DNA of 64,000 nucleotides, from contig NC_043015.1 in the NCBI RefSeq assembly GCF_006345805.1, forward strand, positions 42,594,001 to 42,658,000. Direction: 5' to 3'. This stretch comes from Octopus sinensis. Its lineage: Eukaryota. The notes under the pieces are model-generated. The model searched no databases, was not told where the DNA came from, and worked only from the letters and a program-made list of their open reading frames with translations. The stretch's first letter is position 1, and every line of letters begins with the position of its first letter. This document shows positions 44,117-58,300 of this stretch, piece after piece. Position numbers and translations under genes: made by a program.

Positions 44117-47100
44117 CTTAAAGAAAGACGAATAAAAAAAAAAAAAGGTATCAGGTGCAGAGCATGGCTGTGTGGTAAGAAGCTTGCTTCCCAACCACGT
44201 GGTTCAGAGTTCAGTTCCACCGTGAGTCGCACCTCGGGCAAATGTCTTCTACTACAGCCCATATATATATATAAGAATTTTTTGTGAAATAAGATAAAAT
44301 AAAACCAAGGCTGTGTAGATATCAGAGCATTTATAGATAGAAGGTCTTACTGCTGCTTCTGGCGAAAAAGAAATTGCCGACCAAGGTGATAAATCCCCTC
44401 AATGTTATACGGTTTAACATCAATGCAATCTTCTGAAAGACGCTTTTCTTCCAAAAGTCTGTGAACTGCCTTAAAGAAAGACGAAAAAAAATAAGATAAG
44501 ATATCAGGTGCAGGCACGGCTGTGTGGTAAGAAGGTTGCTTCCCAACCACATAGTTCTACTGTGTGGCATCTTGGGCAAATATCTTCTACTACAGCCCAT
44601 ATTTATATATACATACATATATATATATAAGAATTTTTTGTGTAATAAGATAAAAATCCCAAGGCTGTGTAGCTATTAGAGCATTTATAGATAGGTCTAC
44701 AGCTGTTTCTAGAATATTTATTAATTATATCCCTTCATCAGAGACGGTGTGAGAGGATTAACTATGACTTAACTTTTCCTCTCACACCGTCTCTGATGAA
44801 GGGATATAATTAATAAATATTCTAGAAACAGCTGTAGACCTTCTATCTATAAATGCTCTAATAGCTACACAGCCCTGGTTTTTTTTTTATCTCATTACGC
44901 AAAAAATTCTTATATACACACACTGACATAGAACCAACGTTGAACCCTTTATTCACAATATTACCAAATATAATTATGATGATATTATATATTTTTCCTT
45001 ATTTGGGATTTATTTAAGTTTTTTTTTTTTTCATTTGCAAAATTATTGAAGCCAGTTATAACAAAATAATTAGTTTTTTTTTTTTTTGTTAAGTCAAGAC
45101 TGTTCTAGGGGTTTGTAGATATATACGAGTAGGTTATTGTCTGCGTATGTATGAGGGGGTGCTGAAAAGTTCCTGGCTTTAAGGGTCTCATGAAAGACCT
45201 GGTTGGAGGCTGAACTTACCGAGTTCTTTTACAGGTCTTAGAAAACCTGAAGGACCACTTCAACAAGTGTGTGAATCTGAGAGGGGAATATGTTGAATAA
45301 AATCATAATTAACTGATCCGTCTGTATTTTCTTTTATACAAAGCCAGGAACTTTTCAGTCCCTACTCCTATATATATAAGGGGTGCAGAAAAATTACTGG
45401 CATTAAGGGTATCGCAAAAGGTTTGGTTTGAGGCCCAAATTTCTGAGTTCTTTTCCAGGTTTAGAAAAACTGAAGGATTGCTGCAATAAGTGTGTGAATC
45501 TGAGAAGGAAATATGTGGAATAAAATCATAATTAACCCTTTAGAGTTCAGATTATTCTGTCAAATGTGATGTTTGTTTATTTAAAATGGTTTGAATTAAT
45601 CCTGCATTATCTTGTAGTTTAGAGATTTCAGTGATGTGATTTTTTAGTTTTAGAATGACATTGTAGGGCTGAGGTGAGAGGCAAGATCTGGTCAGTTTCA
45701 ATATAAAACAGGTTAAATATTTTGGCCGGATATGGCCGGTTTGAATGCTAAAGGGCTAACTGATCCTCCTGTATTTGCTTTCATTCAAAGCCAGGGACTA
45801 TTTCACCATTCCTCATATATGTATGTGTTTGTGTGTGTGTGTCTGTGTTAGTGCATATGTGAACTTACTCTCACATAGTAGGTTTGCATATGAATTTAAT
45901 ACACATTTGAGTGTCTCATGGACAGCGAGGCTCACCAATGAAGAAGTTCTTAAGCAGATCAGGCCGAAAATGTCGCTAGAAGCTAAGATCACCAAGCGTA
46001 GATTGGCATATTTCGGTCATATTATGCAAAGAAAATCCCTGGAGAAGGACATCATGCTCGGAATGGTCAGTGGCAAGAGAGGAAGAGGCCGACCAAGAAC
46101 CCGCTGGCTTGACACCATCAAGAGTGATACCAGAATGGACATAGCCAATCTGAAAGAAGCGGCCCAGGATAGAACTGACTGGAGGACACTGATCCAATGG
46201 GTAACCGAGAGTCGACTTCGACTGAGCGGATAGATATATATATATACGGAATGGTCAGTGGCAAGAGAGGAAGATGTCGACCAATGGAGAAGTTCTTAAG
46301 CAGATCAGGCCGAAAATGTCGCTAGAAGCTAGGATCACCAAGCATAGATTGGCATATTTCGGTCATATTATGCGAAGAAAATCCCTGGAGAAGGACATCA
46401 TGCTCGGAATGGTCAGTGGCAAGAGAGGAAGAAGCCGACCAAGAACCCACTGGCTTGACACCATCAAGAGTGATACCAGAATGGACATAGCCAATCTGAA
46501 AGAAGCAGCCCAGGATAGAACTGACTGGAGGACACTGATCCAACGAGTAACCGAGAGTCAACTTCGACCGAGCGGATAGATAGATAGATAGATAGTGAGT
46601 GTCTCATTATTTTTTAAGCATGTGTATTCCAAACGTAGATACATAAGCACGTGTCTATGTGTGCATGTTTGTATTTAAATATTTACATATGCATGCATGT
46701 AAATATGCAAGGATTTATGTATGCATGCATGCATGCATGTAAAACTTTATATATGAATGTGGAGGCGCAATGGCCCAGTGGTTAGGGCAGCGGACTCGCA
46801 GTCATAGGATTGCGGTTTCGATTCCCGGACTGGGCGTTGTGAGTGTTTATTGAGCGAAAACACCTAAAAGCTCCACGAGGCTCCGGCAGGGGATGGTGGT
46901 GATCCCTGCCGTACTCTTTCACCACAACTTTCTCTCACTCTTACTTCCTTCCTGTTTCTGTTGTACATGTATTTCAAAGGGCCGGCCTTGTCACTCTCTG
47001 TGTCACACTGAATATCCCCGAGAACTACATTAAGGGTACACGTGTCTGTGGAGTGCTCAGCCACTTACACGTTAATTTCACGAGCAGGCTGTTCCGTTGA

Positions 47101-50100
47101 TTCGGATCAACCGGAACCCTCGTCGTCGTAACCGACGGAGTGCTTCCATATATGAATATGTGTATGCATGTATGTATTTCAGACTTCGTATATGAATACG
47201 TGTATGCGTTTATATATGGATGCATGTGTGTAAGGCTTAATATATAAATGTGTGCATGTATGTATGTATTTATGTGTGTAAGGATGTATGCATGGATCAG
47301 GGGTGGAGTGAGCTGTTGGTCAATTGGGCACTGCCCAAGGACCCAGAGCTCTGAGGGGCCCACACTTTACAGTTATACCCAAGAGTCCTTAATACTCTCA
47401 GTCCACCTCTTGTATGGATGTATGTATGTATATATGCTTGTATGCATTCATTATGTGTGTATATAAGTATGTATATATATATATGTTAGTATGCATACTT
47501 ACTTCTCCAGCAGAGGGCTGCACGTCATTTCCCCATATGAACAAAGATGTCAGGCTCTTGTTTACGTTTATCAACACCTCTATAATTGTTATAATTCCAT
47601 TCACTCCAATGTTGTTGGATACTATAATCAAACTACAGAGAAGAAAATTATATAAACAGTCGTATGCACACACATGCACTCATCACCCCACCACCCATCA
47701 CCCTCACCACCCATCACCTATCACCACCCACCACCCATCACCCCACCACCCATCACCCTCACCACCCATCTCACCTATCACCACCCCACCACCACCCATC
47801 ATCAACCCCACCACCCACCCATCATAAACCACCCCCTCACCACCCATCACCTATCACCACACCAACCCACCCCACCAACCATCACCCTCACCACCCACAC
47901 CCTCACCACCCATCACCACACACCATCCATCACCTATCACCACCTGCCACCCTCACCACCCATCACCCTCACCACCCATCACCCTCACCATCCATCACCC
48001 TCACCACCCATCACCCTCACCACCCATCACCCTCACCACCCACCACACTCACCACCCATCACCCTCATCACCAACCTCCCACCTTCACCAACCATCATCC
48101 CCTCACCAACCATCACCCTCAACCCACCCCTCACATAATAACCAATCACCACGCCCACCCACACCTCACCACCCATCACCCTCACCACCCATCACCCTCA
48201 CCAACCATCACCCTCACCACCCACCACACTCACCTATCACCACCCGCCACCCTCACCACCCATCACCTTCACCATCCATCACCCTCACCACCCATCACCC
48301 TCACCACCCATCACCCTCACTCACCCACCACCATCACCACCCATCACCCTCATCACCACCACATCACCACCACCACACCCCGCCATTTCACCATCCATCA
48401 CCCCATCAACCACCCATCACCCTCACCACCCATCACCTTCACACATCCACCACTCACCCCATCACCCCACCACCCTCACCCTCACCACCCATCACCACCC
48501 CCCCCACCACCCACCACCCTCCCCCCACCTCCCAGTCACCCTCCCTCCCCCTTGTGACCTGCATCCCCACAAACACTCACTCCATTCCACCACGCTCCAC
48601 CCCCATCGCCCGCCACCCCCACACCGCCACTATATCACTCCATCCCACAACAACAAAAAGAAAGAAAGAAAGAACTTACGTCTTCAAAGACGTGTTTACT
48701 TTGAGCAGGTCTGCCAAATACACGGCCCCTGTGTTACCGATTCTGTTATACCCAATATTCAATAACTCTGTTGTGCCACTGACAGCCATAGCATCAGCAA
48801 GCATATTCATTCCATCCTCGCCTATCCTGTTACTGAAAAAAAGCACCAACAAAAACAACAAGAAATTAATAAAATAGAGAAAAAAAAAGAAAGAAAACAT
48901 CTCTGTGTAATCATCATCAGTTTTTAAACATCCGCTTTCCATGCTAGCATGGGTTGGACAATTTGACTGAGGTCCGGCAAACCAGATGGCTGCATCAGAC
49001 TCCAATCTGATCTGGCAGAGTTTCTACGGCTGCCTAACACCAACGACTCCAAGAGAGTAGTGGGTGGTTTTACATGCCACAGGCATGAGGGCCAGTCAGG
49101 CGGTACTGGCAACAGCCACGCTCAAATGGTGCTTTTTATGTGCTACCTGCACAGGAGCCAGTCCAGCAGCACTGGCAATGGCCTCGCTCGAATGTTTTTC
49201 ACATGCCACCAGGACAAGTGCTAATAAGGCAACGCAGGTAAGAATCACGCTCGAATGGTGTTTTTAACATGCCATCGGCACGGAGGCAAGCTTTTTGCTC
49301 TGGCAACAATCACGCTCGTATGGTACTCTTAGCGCTCCACTAGCACAGATGCCAGTCATCGATTTTGATTTCGATCACTTTCCAATAACAACAAGAGCAT
49401 TCGGAGAGCGCAAACTTCCGTGAAGGTGACACCAACATCCTCTCATCAATTAGGCAGAGATGATTTTTAAAATGAGAATATCTGAAATAAAATCGACTGC
49501 TCTCACAAAAGAGAATATTAAAAATGAACCCAACTACTCTCAAAAACTAAGTAAAAAAAACAGGAAAAATAATCCAGAACATGCTTTCAAGGGAGATAAT
49601 AAGAGAAAGACTTGAAAGTGAACATAAGATTGTAATACTTCATGTAAAGTAAATATAACAAATAATCCAGAATCCTTGTCTGGTACCAGATCAATCCCAG
49701 AATCTAATCAGTTTGTGCCAGTCACGAGGCCAAACATCTCTGAAAGTTTCATCCAAATCCATCCAGCGGTTCTTGAGATATCTTGTCCATAGACAAACAA
49801 ACAAACATGACTGAAAACAATACCTCCACCTTCGCTAAGGTGGAGGTAACAAAGAAGGTTTAGGTTTTTCAGAGTTACAGCCCCCTAAAAATCCCCTGTG
49901 TATTATACTCAAGGGTGGACTATACTCGAGGATTTACGGTACTTGGTGTCTCTGTATGTGACCAAATTTCAGACAACAGCATCTGAGAACAATGCCAGCA
50001 CCAGAAGACCACTGAAGACCAAGTCTGCCAATGCAGGCTACAATAGTTTGGCCACACCTGCAGGACGAGCACCAGAAGACTACCACACCAAATATTGTGG

Positions 50101-50643
50101 TGGCAGTGACCTGTGCACTGGAGGGTCCAGTGCAGTGCACCAAAGAAGACATGCTTCTGGCTTGGCTTCATGGTCTTTCTCGATGGAGCTGGGGTCGTTC
50201 CAGGTCAGTGGTCCCAGAAGCTTCATCATGCATTGAGCCGACCAGGTCTACTGGTGCTCTCCATCATTGGTGTTCCTGCAGCAGCAGCAGCAGCCGGTCA
50301 AGAATTTGGACCTGGAGATCTCCATTTCCGGTGACTTTGAGGGCCACCTCCCAGCGGTGTCAGGCGTCAACGATGAGCCCTCGACTACAACAAGACGACC
50401 AAAGTTGTTGTTTTTTTCCCAAGGTCTGGGGTCTCCTGCCCCCTAAGCCCTAGACCATCACCTAATCACCCTTACCCGTCTTGTTGCTTAGCAACAACAA
50501 AAAAGGCAGCAGCAGCAGAAGAAGTAGTAGTAGTAGTAGTAGAAAAAGAAGGAGAAAAAGAAGAACAAGAAGAAATAGTAGTAGTAGTAGTAGAAGAAGA
50601 AGAAGAAGAAGAAGAAAGAAAAGAAGAAGAAGAAGAAGAAGAA

Positions 50644-50704
<61 letters not shown>

Positions 50705-53700
50705 AGAAAAAGAAGAAGGAGGAGGAGGAGGAGGAGAAGAAGATGAAGGAAAAAAGACATGGACAAAACAAACTGAGGAAGACCTGAAGTCGCTCCAGCT
50801 CAACCTCCATTATGCTAAGGCCAGCAAATGATGATGATGATGACAATAATGATGAGGATGGGGATGATAGTGATGATGATGATGATGATAGTGATGAGGA
50901 TGGGGATGATAGTGATGATGATGATGATATAGTGATGAGGATGATGATGATAGTGATGATGATGATGATGATGATGATGATAGTGATGAGGATGGGGATG
51001 ATAGTGATGATGATGATGATGATAGTGATGAGGATGGGGATGATATGATGATGATGATGATGATAGTGATGAGGATGGGGATGATAGTGATGATGATGAT
51101 GATGATAGTGATGAGGATGGGGATGATAGTGATGATGATGATGATGATAGTGATGAGGATGGGGATGATAGTGATGATGATGATGATGATAGTGATGAGG
51201 ATGGGGATGATAGTGATGATGATGATGATGATAGTGATGAGGATGGGGATGATAGTGATGATGATGATGATGATAGTGATGAGGATGATTTAAAACAGAT
51301 TACCAACTTAGATCCAAATGTGTAAGAATGGTATTATTTCTTAGACTTTCAGAAATTATCGTTGCACCGTAATCCTCCATGCCGAGTTGTTGCAGGTGTA
51401 ACTCAATGAGAACTGGATTCATCTGGTTTGAGTAAAAAAAAGGGAGAAAGATTTATTTACTTTTTTTTTTATATCACTTACACCTTGCTAGCTAATAATC
51501 CTAAATCTATAGACACACACATTGAAGGTGCATGGCTCAGTAGTTAGAGCGTCGAGCTTACGATCGTGAGGTTGTGAGTTCGAATCCCGCATTAGCTTCC
51601 ACACCTGAAATTTCTTTTCTAGTTCCAGTAGTGATTCTGCTACGAGGAGCTCCCAGGGGCAACCCATCTTGAATTCCTCTGTTATTGCCTGGAGGACTAT
51701 GATGAATAAAAGGGGACTGAGGGCTGAACCTTGGTGGACCCCTACTTCTACCCGGAATTCTTCACTATACACGTTGCCAATCCTAACCTTACTAATGGCC
51801 TCTCTGTATAGGGCCTGTACAGCCCTTATGCATATATATGTATGTGTGAAATTGTAGTTAAGACACCTGTGCTGGTGACACATAAAAAGCACCGTCCGAA
51901 CGTGGCAGATGCCAGCGCCGCCTGACTGGCGTCCGTGTCGGTGACACGTATAAGCACCAACTGATCATGGCCGTTTACCATCCCGCTCTGGCCCCTGTGC
52001 CGGTGGCACGTAAAAAGCACCCACTACACTCACGGAGTGGTTGGCATTAGGAAGGGTATCCAGCTGTAGAAACACTGCGAAATCAGACTGGAGTCTGTTG
52101 CAGCCTCCATGGCTTACCAGACCCTGGTCGAACCGTCTGACCAATGCTAGCGTGGAAAAGGGACGTTAAATGATGATGATGTGTGTGTATATACTAATAG
52201 AGAGCATATTGACCTACCTTTAGGAGATGACTTATATGCCCTGAAATAATTTCTTCTTCCATATTTTTCAACAAAGGTCTGTTCAGATTAATGCGAAGTA
52301 ATGTACAGTTTGAGAAACAAAGCACTGTAGCCATTGCTATCATACTGTCAATATTCTGTGCAAGACAAAAGGACAAATTAATTAATTCTTTTATTAAAGC
52401 AAAGGACAAATTAATGAGAAGAAATTATAAGAAATTTATAATTTATAAGAATATGTTATTTATAATTTATGAATAATCTTTCCTACTCTAGGCACAAGGC
52501 CTGAAATTTTGGGGGAGTGGGGAGGCAGTCGATTAGATCGACCCCAGTACACAACTGGTACTTAATTTATCGACTCTGAACGGATGAAAGGCAATGTCAA
52601 TCTCAGCGGAATTTGAACTCTGAACGTAAAGATAGATGAAATACCACTAAGCATTTTGCCCAGCGTGCTAACGTTTCTGCCAGCTGATTGCAGAAAGCTC
52701 GTTAAATACAAACTGGTTTAGAACAAAACAACAGAAAATATATCAAAGTCTGCAAGGTCTCAACTCAATCTGGAAAGGGTGGTACCTTCCAATTTGATTA
52801 AAAAAAAAAAAACCTGTCCATGTGTCTACATCTGCTAAAAATTTCAGATCTCAAATTAAGTAGTGTGTTGGAATTGCTGGATCTAAGCCATATGTTAATG
52901 GATCTAAGAAATGCAACTTATGCACAGCAGAAAAATCTCATATTCTTCTTAGATCCTGCTTAATTCAGAATCTTAAATTTGCTTTCAATCCTTTTGGGAT
53001 CAATGAAATGACTACCAATTGAGTGCTGGTGTTGATGTAATTGGCTTATCCCCTCTCCCACTAAAATTATTGGTTTTATGCCGAAATTTGAAATCGTTAA
53101 AGATGGTAAACCTGGCAGAATTGTTAGCAGATTGGACAAAATACTCAATGGCATTTCTTCTGGCTCTTTACATTCTAAGTTCAAATGCCACCAAAGTCAA
53201 CTTTATCTTTCATCATTTCAGGGTTCATAAAATAATGTAATTGATTGTCCCTCTCTCGTCAAAATTGCTAACGAGTTCAAATGCTGCTGCAGTTGACTTT
53301 GCCCTTCATCCTTTCAGGCTTGATAAAATAAGTATCAGTTATGTACTGAGGTCAATCTAATTGACTATCCCCACCTCCCATCAAAATTGCTGCCTTTGAG
53401 CCAAAATTTAGAAAGAATTACTTACCATGTCGGTATGGCCAACATTCAATTCCTTTAAGCCAATATTGAACTGAAGAGCCCGAGCAAACATCAACACGCC
53501 GTTTCTTCCAATCTTGTTACCATTCATGTTTAGAGACTCTAAAGTACTATTTGTCTGAAAGCAAATAGAAAATAATACATAAATAATTCTATTTTGAAGT
53601 AAAGACTATTTGCCAACATAACATGGCAGTCCTGGTTTAGGATGAATATTGCTGTAATTTAGCCCCAGGAGACATCGCCTCCAGCTGGCAATATGACATG

Positions 53701-55338
53701 ATCTGTGTCCTTATATTTTTGAACAAAGGAATCTAGCACCCCCACTCAGCTCAAAACAATATCTGTGTATCGCAATTTTGGGGTTATTTCCCTTCATCAG
53801 CACAGAATAATTGTTTGCTTAGAGGTGGCACTGCCAAATTCCCATTCGAAATATATAGTTTTCAAAGTGACAACTAGTTACTAATCTATAAATTAGAACT
53901 GAGTGGAGGACCAAACCTTAGTCCCAATTAATGTTACTAACACTAGCTGAATGATAACTAAGTTATTTTACTAAATTCTTTGTTATATTTAAAGTAATTG
54001 AAAGAAACACAGAGCATCTCAACAGAAATATGGTAACAAAAGGGTTAAAGTTACCATGATATTTTTAACCCTTTCGTTACCAACCTGGCTGAAACCCCCT
54101 CTGGCTCTGAGTACAAATGTCTTGTTTTCATAAGTTTTGAATTAAAATCTTCCACCAAACCTTAATCACAATTTATGTTCCTGACACTAGCTTAATGATA
54201 ACTAAGTTATTCTACTAAATTCTTTGCTATATTTCAAATTAATTGAAAGAAACACAGAGCATCTCAAAATAAATACAGTAATGAAAGGGTTAATGTCTAT
54301 CTGTCCATGAAGCTCGAAGAAACAGCAAAGCTCCATGTAAAAAAAATTTTTTCTCTGTGTTAGCAGATATAGAAACATGGTATCATCTGCATGATTAAGA
54401 CAGCGAGATAAAGCGAGATGTGACATGCGCATTGTGTTTTATTCTTCTCTTCCGTTTTATAAATCCAGCGTGCATTATGTGCTCATACTTTTCTTTCTAG
54501 TTCCTACTAGTAACTGTTTACACGTCACAACCGTCTCACGGACCTGTGGCTGTGACGAGTGCTTTCCACTCTGATGTTGATGAAAAAATAAATAAACAGA
54601 AGCATATAGAAACAATGGAATTCTTTGGAACAGGGCTTCTCAACCCTTCTTTTATCCATGGATCCCTTGGATTTCTACTTTAGTCTGGTGGACCCCTATA
54701 ACCTTTCAATTTTTAAAAACTAGTTTTATAGAAATTTCTAATAAAATTCTTATTTTGCTTTTCATGCATTAACTTGTGGAAAATGTTAGAGAAAGGAACC
54801 TGTTTCTTGCAACACATCTAAAGTAGAAGTTTTTCAGGGGCCCTTAAAATACTATTATAGATCCCCAATTTACTATTTTGTTTTGTAGATCCCCAAAAAT
54901 CTTATATGGGCCCTCAGTGTGTGTGTGTGGGGGGGGGGCATATGAACCCTGGTTGATAACCACTGCTTTAGAATAAGGAATGAGGAGGATTTACTTACCT
55001 GCAAAGCGGCAGCAATTAATTCTCCACCTTTTGGACCGATATCGTTACACATAAGGTTCAAACATATCAAGGAAGAACTAGACTGGAAGAAATTTTGTAA
55101 AGAAATTAGGGAAAAATAAACATTACAAACAAATTGACGAGTGGTTAAGAAGTCTACTTTGCAATCAAGTAGTTTTAGGTATTATTGGACACTCATGAAG
55201 GAAGGGAAGAAGGAGGGTTTTACGTTTCGAGCGGAGCTCTTCGTCAGAAACATAGGAAAAGGAAAGATCCAGAGAAGGGAAGACGGAGGGTAAAACATCG
55301 CCAATGGTACACACGTGGTCACATTTTATATATATATG

Positions 55339-55369
<31 letters not shown>

Positions 55370-58300
55370 CATGTTGAACCATATATTTCTACACAATTTT
55401 TTCCGCTCTCCATTTTTTAAAAAACTCTCTCCTTTTTTACCTTCTCAATCCTTTCTGACAAAGAGCATAGGTTCAAAACATCAAAGATTTTTCCAGTCAT
55501 CCCGAGCATGAAACTAATACACCTGCTTATTGTTCCCTCACCTGTCTTCATCTTTTGTTTCTGTACGTACGTACATACATACACACACACACACACACAT
55601 ACATACATACATATAAAATGGGCTTCTTTCAATTTCTGTCTACCAAATCCACTCACAAGGCTTTGGTTGGCCTGAGACTATGGTATATGACACTTACACA
55701 AGGTGCCACATGGTGAAACTGAACCCAGAATCATGTGGACGGGAAGCAAGCTTCTTACCACACAGCCACATCTGCACCTGTATACTTTAGAACGACATTG
55801 TAGGTTAAGCGTGAGAGGCCATATTTAGCCTTTTTGACCTTAAAACAGACAGATATATTTTGGCTGGATATGGCCAGATATGGTTGGATGTAGCCACATA
55901 TGGCTGGATATGGCCAGTTTTAATACTAAAGGGTTAAATATGGTTGAAGGAAAGTACAGAGTCAAAATAACACATTTGCAAGTTGAATCAAGGAATAAAA
56001 AAGAAAGGAAGAAACAACGAATCACCTTAATGAGTTGAGCCACGCTATGTGATCCTTCATCAGTGATATTATTGTAGCTTAAATTCACACTGACAAATAG
56101 ATATTGATCCTTGAGAATTTTGTACATAACCAACATGTCTTTGTCTCCAAGGTGTTCCCCAGAGAATGTTGTCACATTTCCAGCAACATTTAAGCACCTG
56201 AAAGACATAAGACAATGGTTTGGTTCACATTTTGGTAATACCGGTTTAAAGTTTTCTTATTTCTTATTTTTTTACTGCCCACAAGGGGCTAAACACAGAG
56301 GGGACAAACAAGGACAGACAAACAGATTAAGTCGATTATATCGACCCAAGCCCAGTGTGTAACTGGTACTTATTTAATCGACCCCGAAAGGATGAAAGGC
56401 AAAGTCAATCTCGGCGGAATTTGAACTCAGAACGTAGTAGCAGACGAAATACCTATTTCTTTACTACCTACAAGGGGCTAAACACAGAGAGGACAAACAA
56501 GGATTAAGTCGATTATATCGACCCCAGTGTGTAACTGGTACTTATTTAATCGACCCCGAAAGGATGAAAGGCAAAGTCAATCTAGGCGGAATTTGAACTC
56601 AGAATGTAGCGGCAGACGAAATACCTATTTCTTTACTATCCACAAGGGGCTAAACACAGAGAGGACAAACAAGGACAGACAAATGGATGAAGTTGATTAC
56701 ATCGACTCCAGTGTGTAACTGGTACTTATTTAATTGACCCTGAAAGGATGAAAGGTAAAGTCAACCTCAGCGGAATTTGAACTCAGAATGTAGCAGCAGA
56801 CAAAATACCGCTAAGCATTTCGCCTGGCGTGCTAACGTTTCTGCCAGCTCGCCGCCTTCTATATTTTCAATATTGGTTTCAAGTTTTGGCACAAGGCCAG
56901 CAATTTTGGGGGAAGCGGGTTAAGTTGTACAGATTGACTTAAGTGTTGATCTTGAAAGGATGAAAGGCTAAGTTCACCTTGGTGGAATGTGAACTCAGAA
57001 TGGGAAGACAGACGAAATACTGCTAAGTATTTTGCCTGGCATACTAACACTTTGGTAATATTGTTATCAAATTAAATTCCACCGAGGCCGGCTTTGCCTT
57101 TCATACTTTCAGGGTTGATAAATTAAGTACCAGTTGTATACTGGGGTCGATCTAATCGACTGGCTCCTCCCCCCCTCTCCCAAAATTTTAGGCCTTGTGA
57201 AAAGAATATTGTTATCAAATTTCGGCACAATGCCAGCTATTTCAGGAAATGAGTAAGTCAACCACATTGACCCCCAATGTTTGACTGGTACTATTATCGA
57301 TCCCAGAAGGATGAAAGGCGTAGTCGACCTTGGCAGAATTTAAACTCAGAACATAAAGACCGATGAAATGCCGCTAAGCATTTTGCTTGGCGTGCTAACC
57401 ATTCTGCCAGCTCAGCACTTTACATTTTGGTAATATAGGTTTCAAATTTTAGCACAAGGCCAGTAATTTTCAGGGGTGGTGGTGAGGGAGTAAATCAATT
57501 ACATCGACCCCAGTGTTCAACTGGTATTTATTTCATTGACCTCGGCGAGGTTTGAACTCAGAGTGTAAAGATGGACAGAATGCCACAGAACATTTTGCCA
57601 GACATGCTAATGATTTTACCACTTTGGTAATATTAATTACCACTTTGGTAATATTAATTAGATTGCATTGACCCTGAAAAGGATGAAAAGCAAAATTTGA
57701 CCTCGGCGAGATTTGAACTCAGAATATAAAGATGGACAGAATGCCACAGAACATTTTGCCAGACCTGCTAATGATTCTGCCACTTTGGTAATATTAATTA
57801 CCACTTTGGTAATATTAATTAGATTGCATTGACCCTGGAAAGGATGAAAAGCAAAATTTGACCTCGGCGAGATTTGAACTCAGAATATAAAGATGGACAG
57901 AATGCCCCTGAACATTTTGCCAGACCTGCTAATGATTCTGCCACTTTGGTAATATTAATTACCACTTTGGTAATATTAATTAGATTTAAGATGCATAAGA
58001 TTAGTTTCTAGATTGATTTGTTCAATGCAGTTAACGGATTATCATGTTGATATGGTCAATAGGATTAAGTTTGCGATATAGTGAAAGGATTAAGCTAAAC
58101 AGCTGTTATCATCCTCATTGTTATTGTTTTAATGTCCGTTTTTCCAAGCTTACATGGATCAGACAGGAAATATTTTGGCAAAGATTTTTCTATGGGTGGG
58201 TGCTCTTCCTGTTGCCAACCCGAACCGGTTCCCAACCAAAGTAATATCTCTTCTAATTGTTTGGATACAAAGAGTTTAATGGAAATAAATGGTACCGTTT

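Noticed and set aside
47664-48557. His/Pro/Thr-rich ORFs (297 and 154 aa)
   Set aside because: Translation of a G-free microsatellite antisense to an LRRC34 intron; no splice or start support.
50462-51306. Poly-Arg/Leu/Ser/Asp/Met ORFs, including an apparent acidic DDDDDDSDEDG repeat exon
   Set aside because: Simple repeats open in most frames; the frame breaks within the array.
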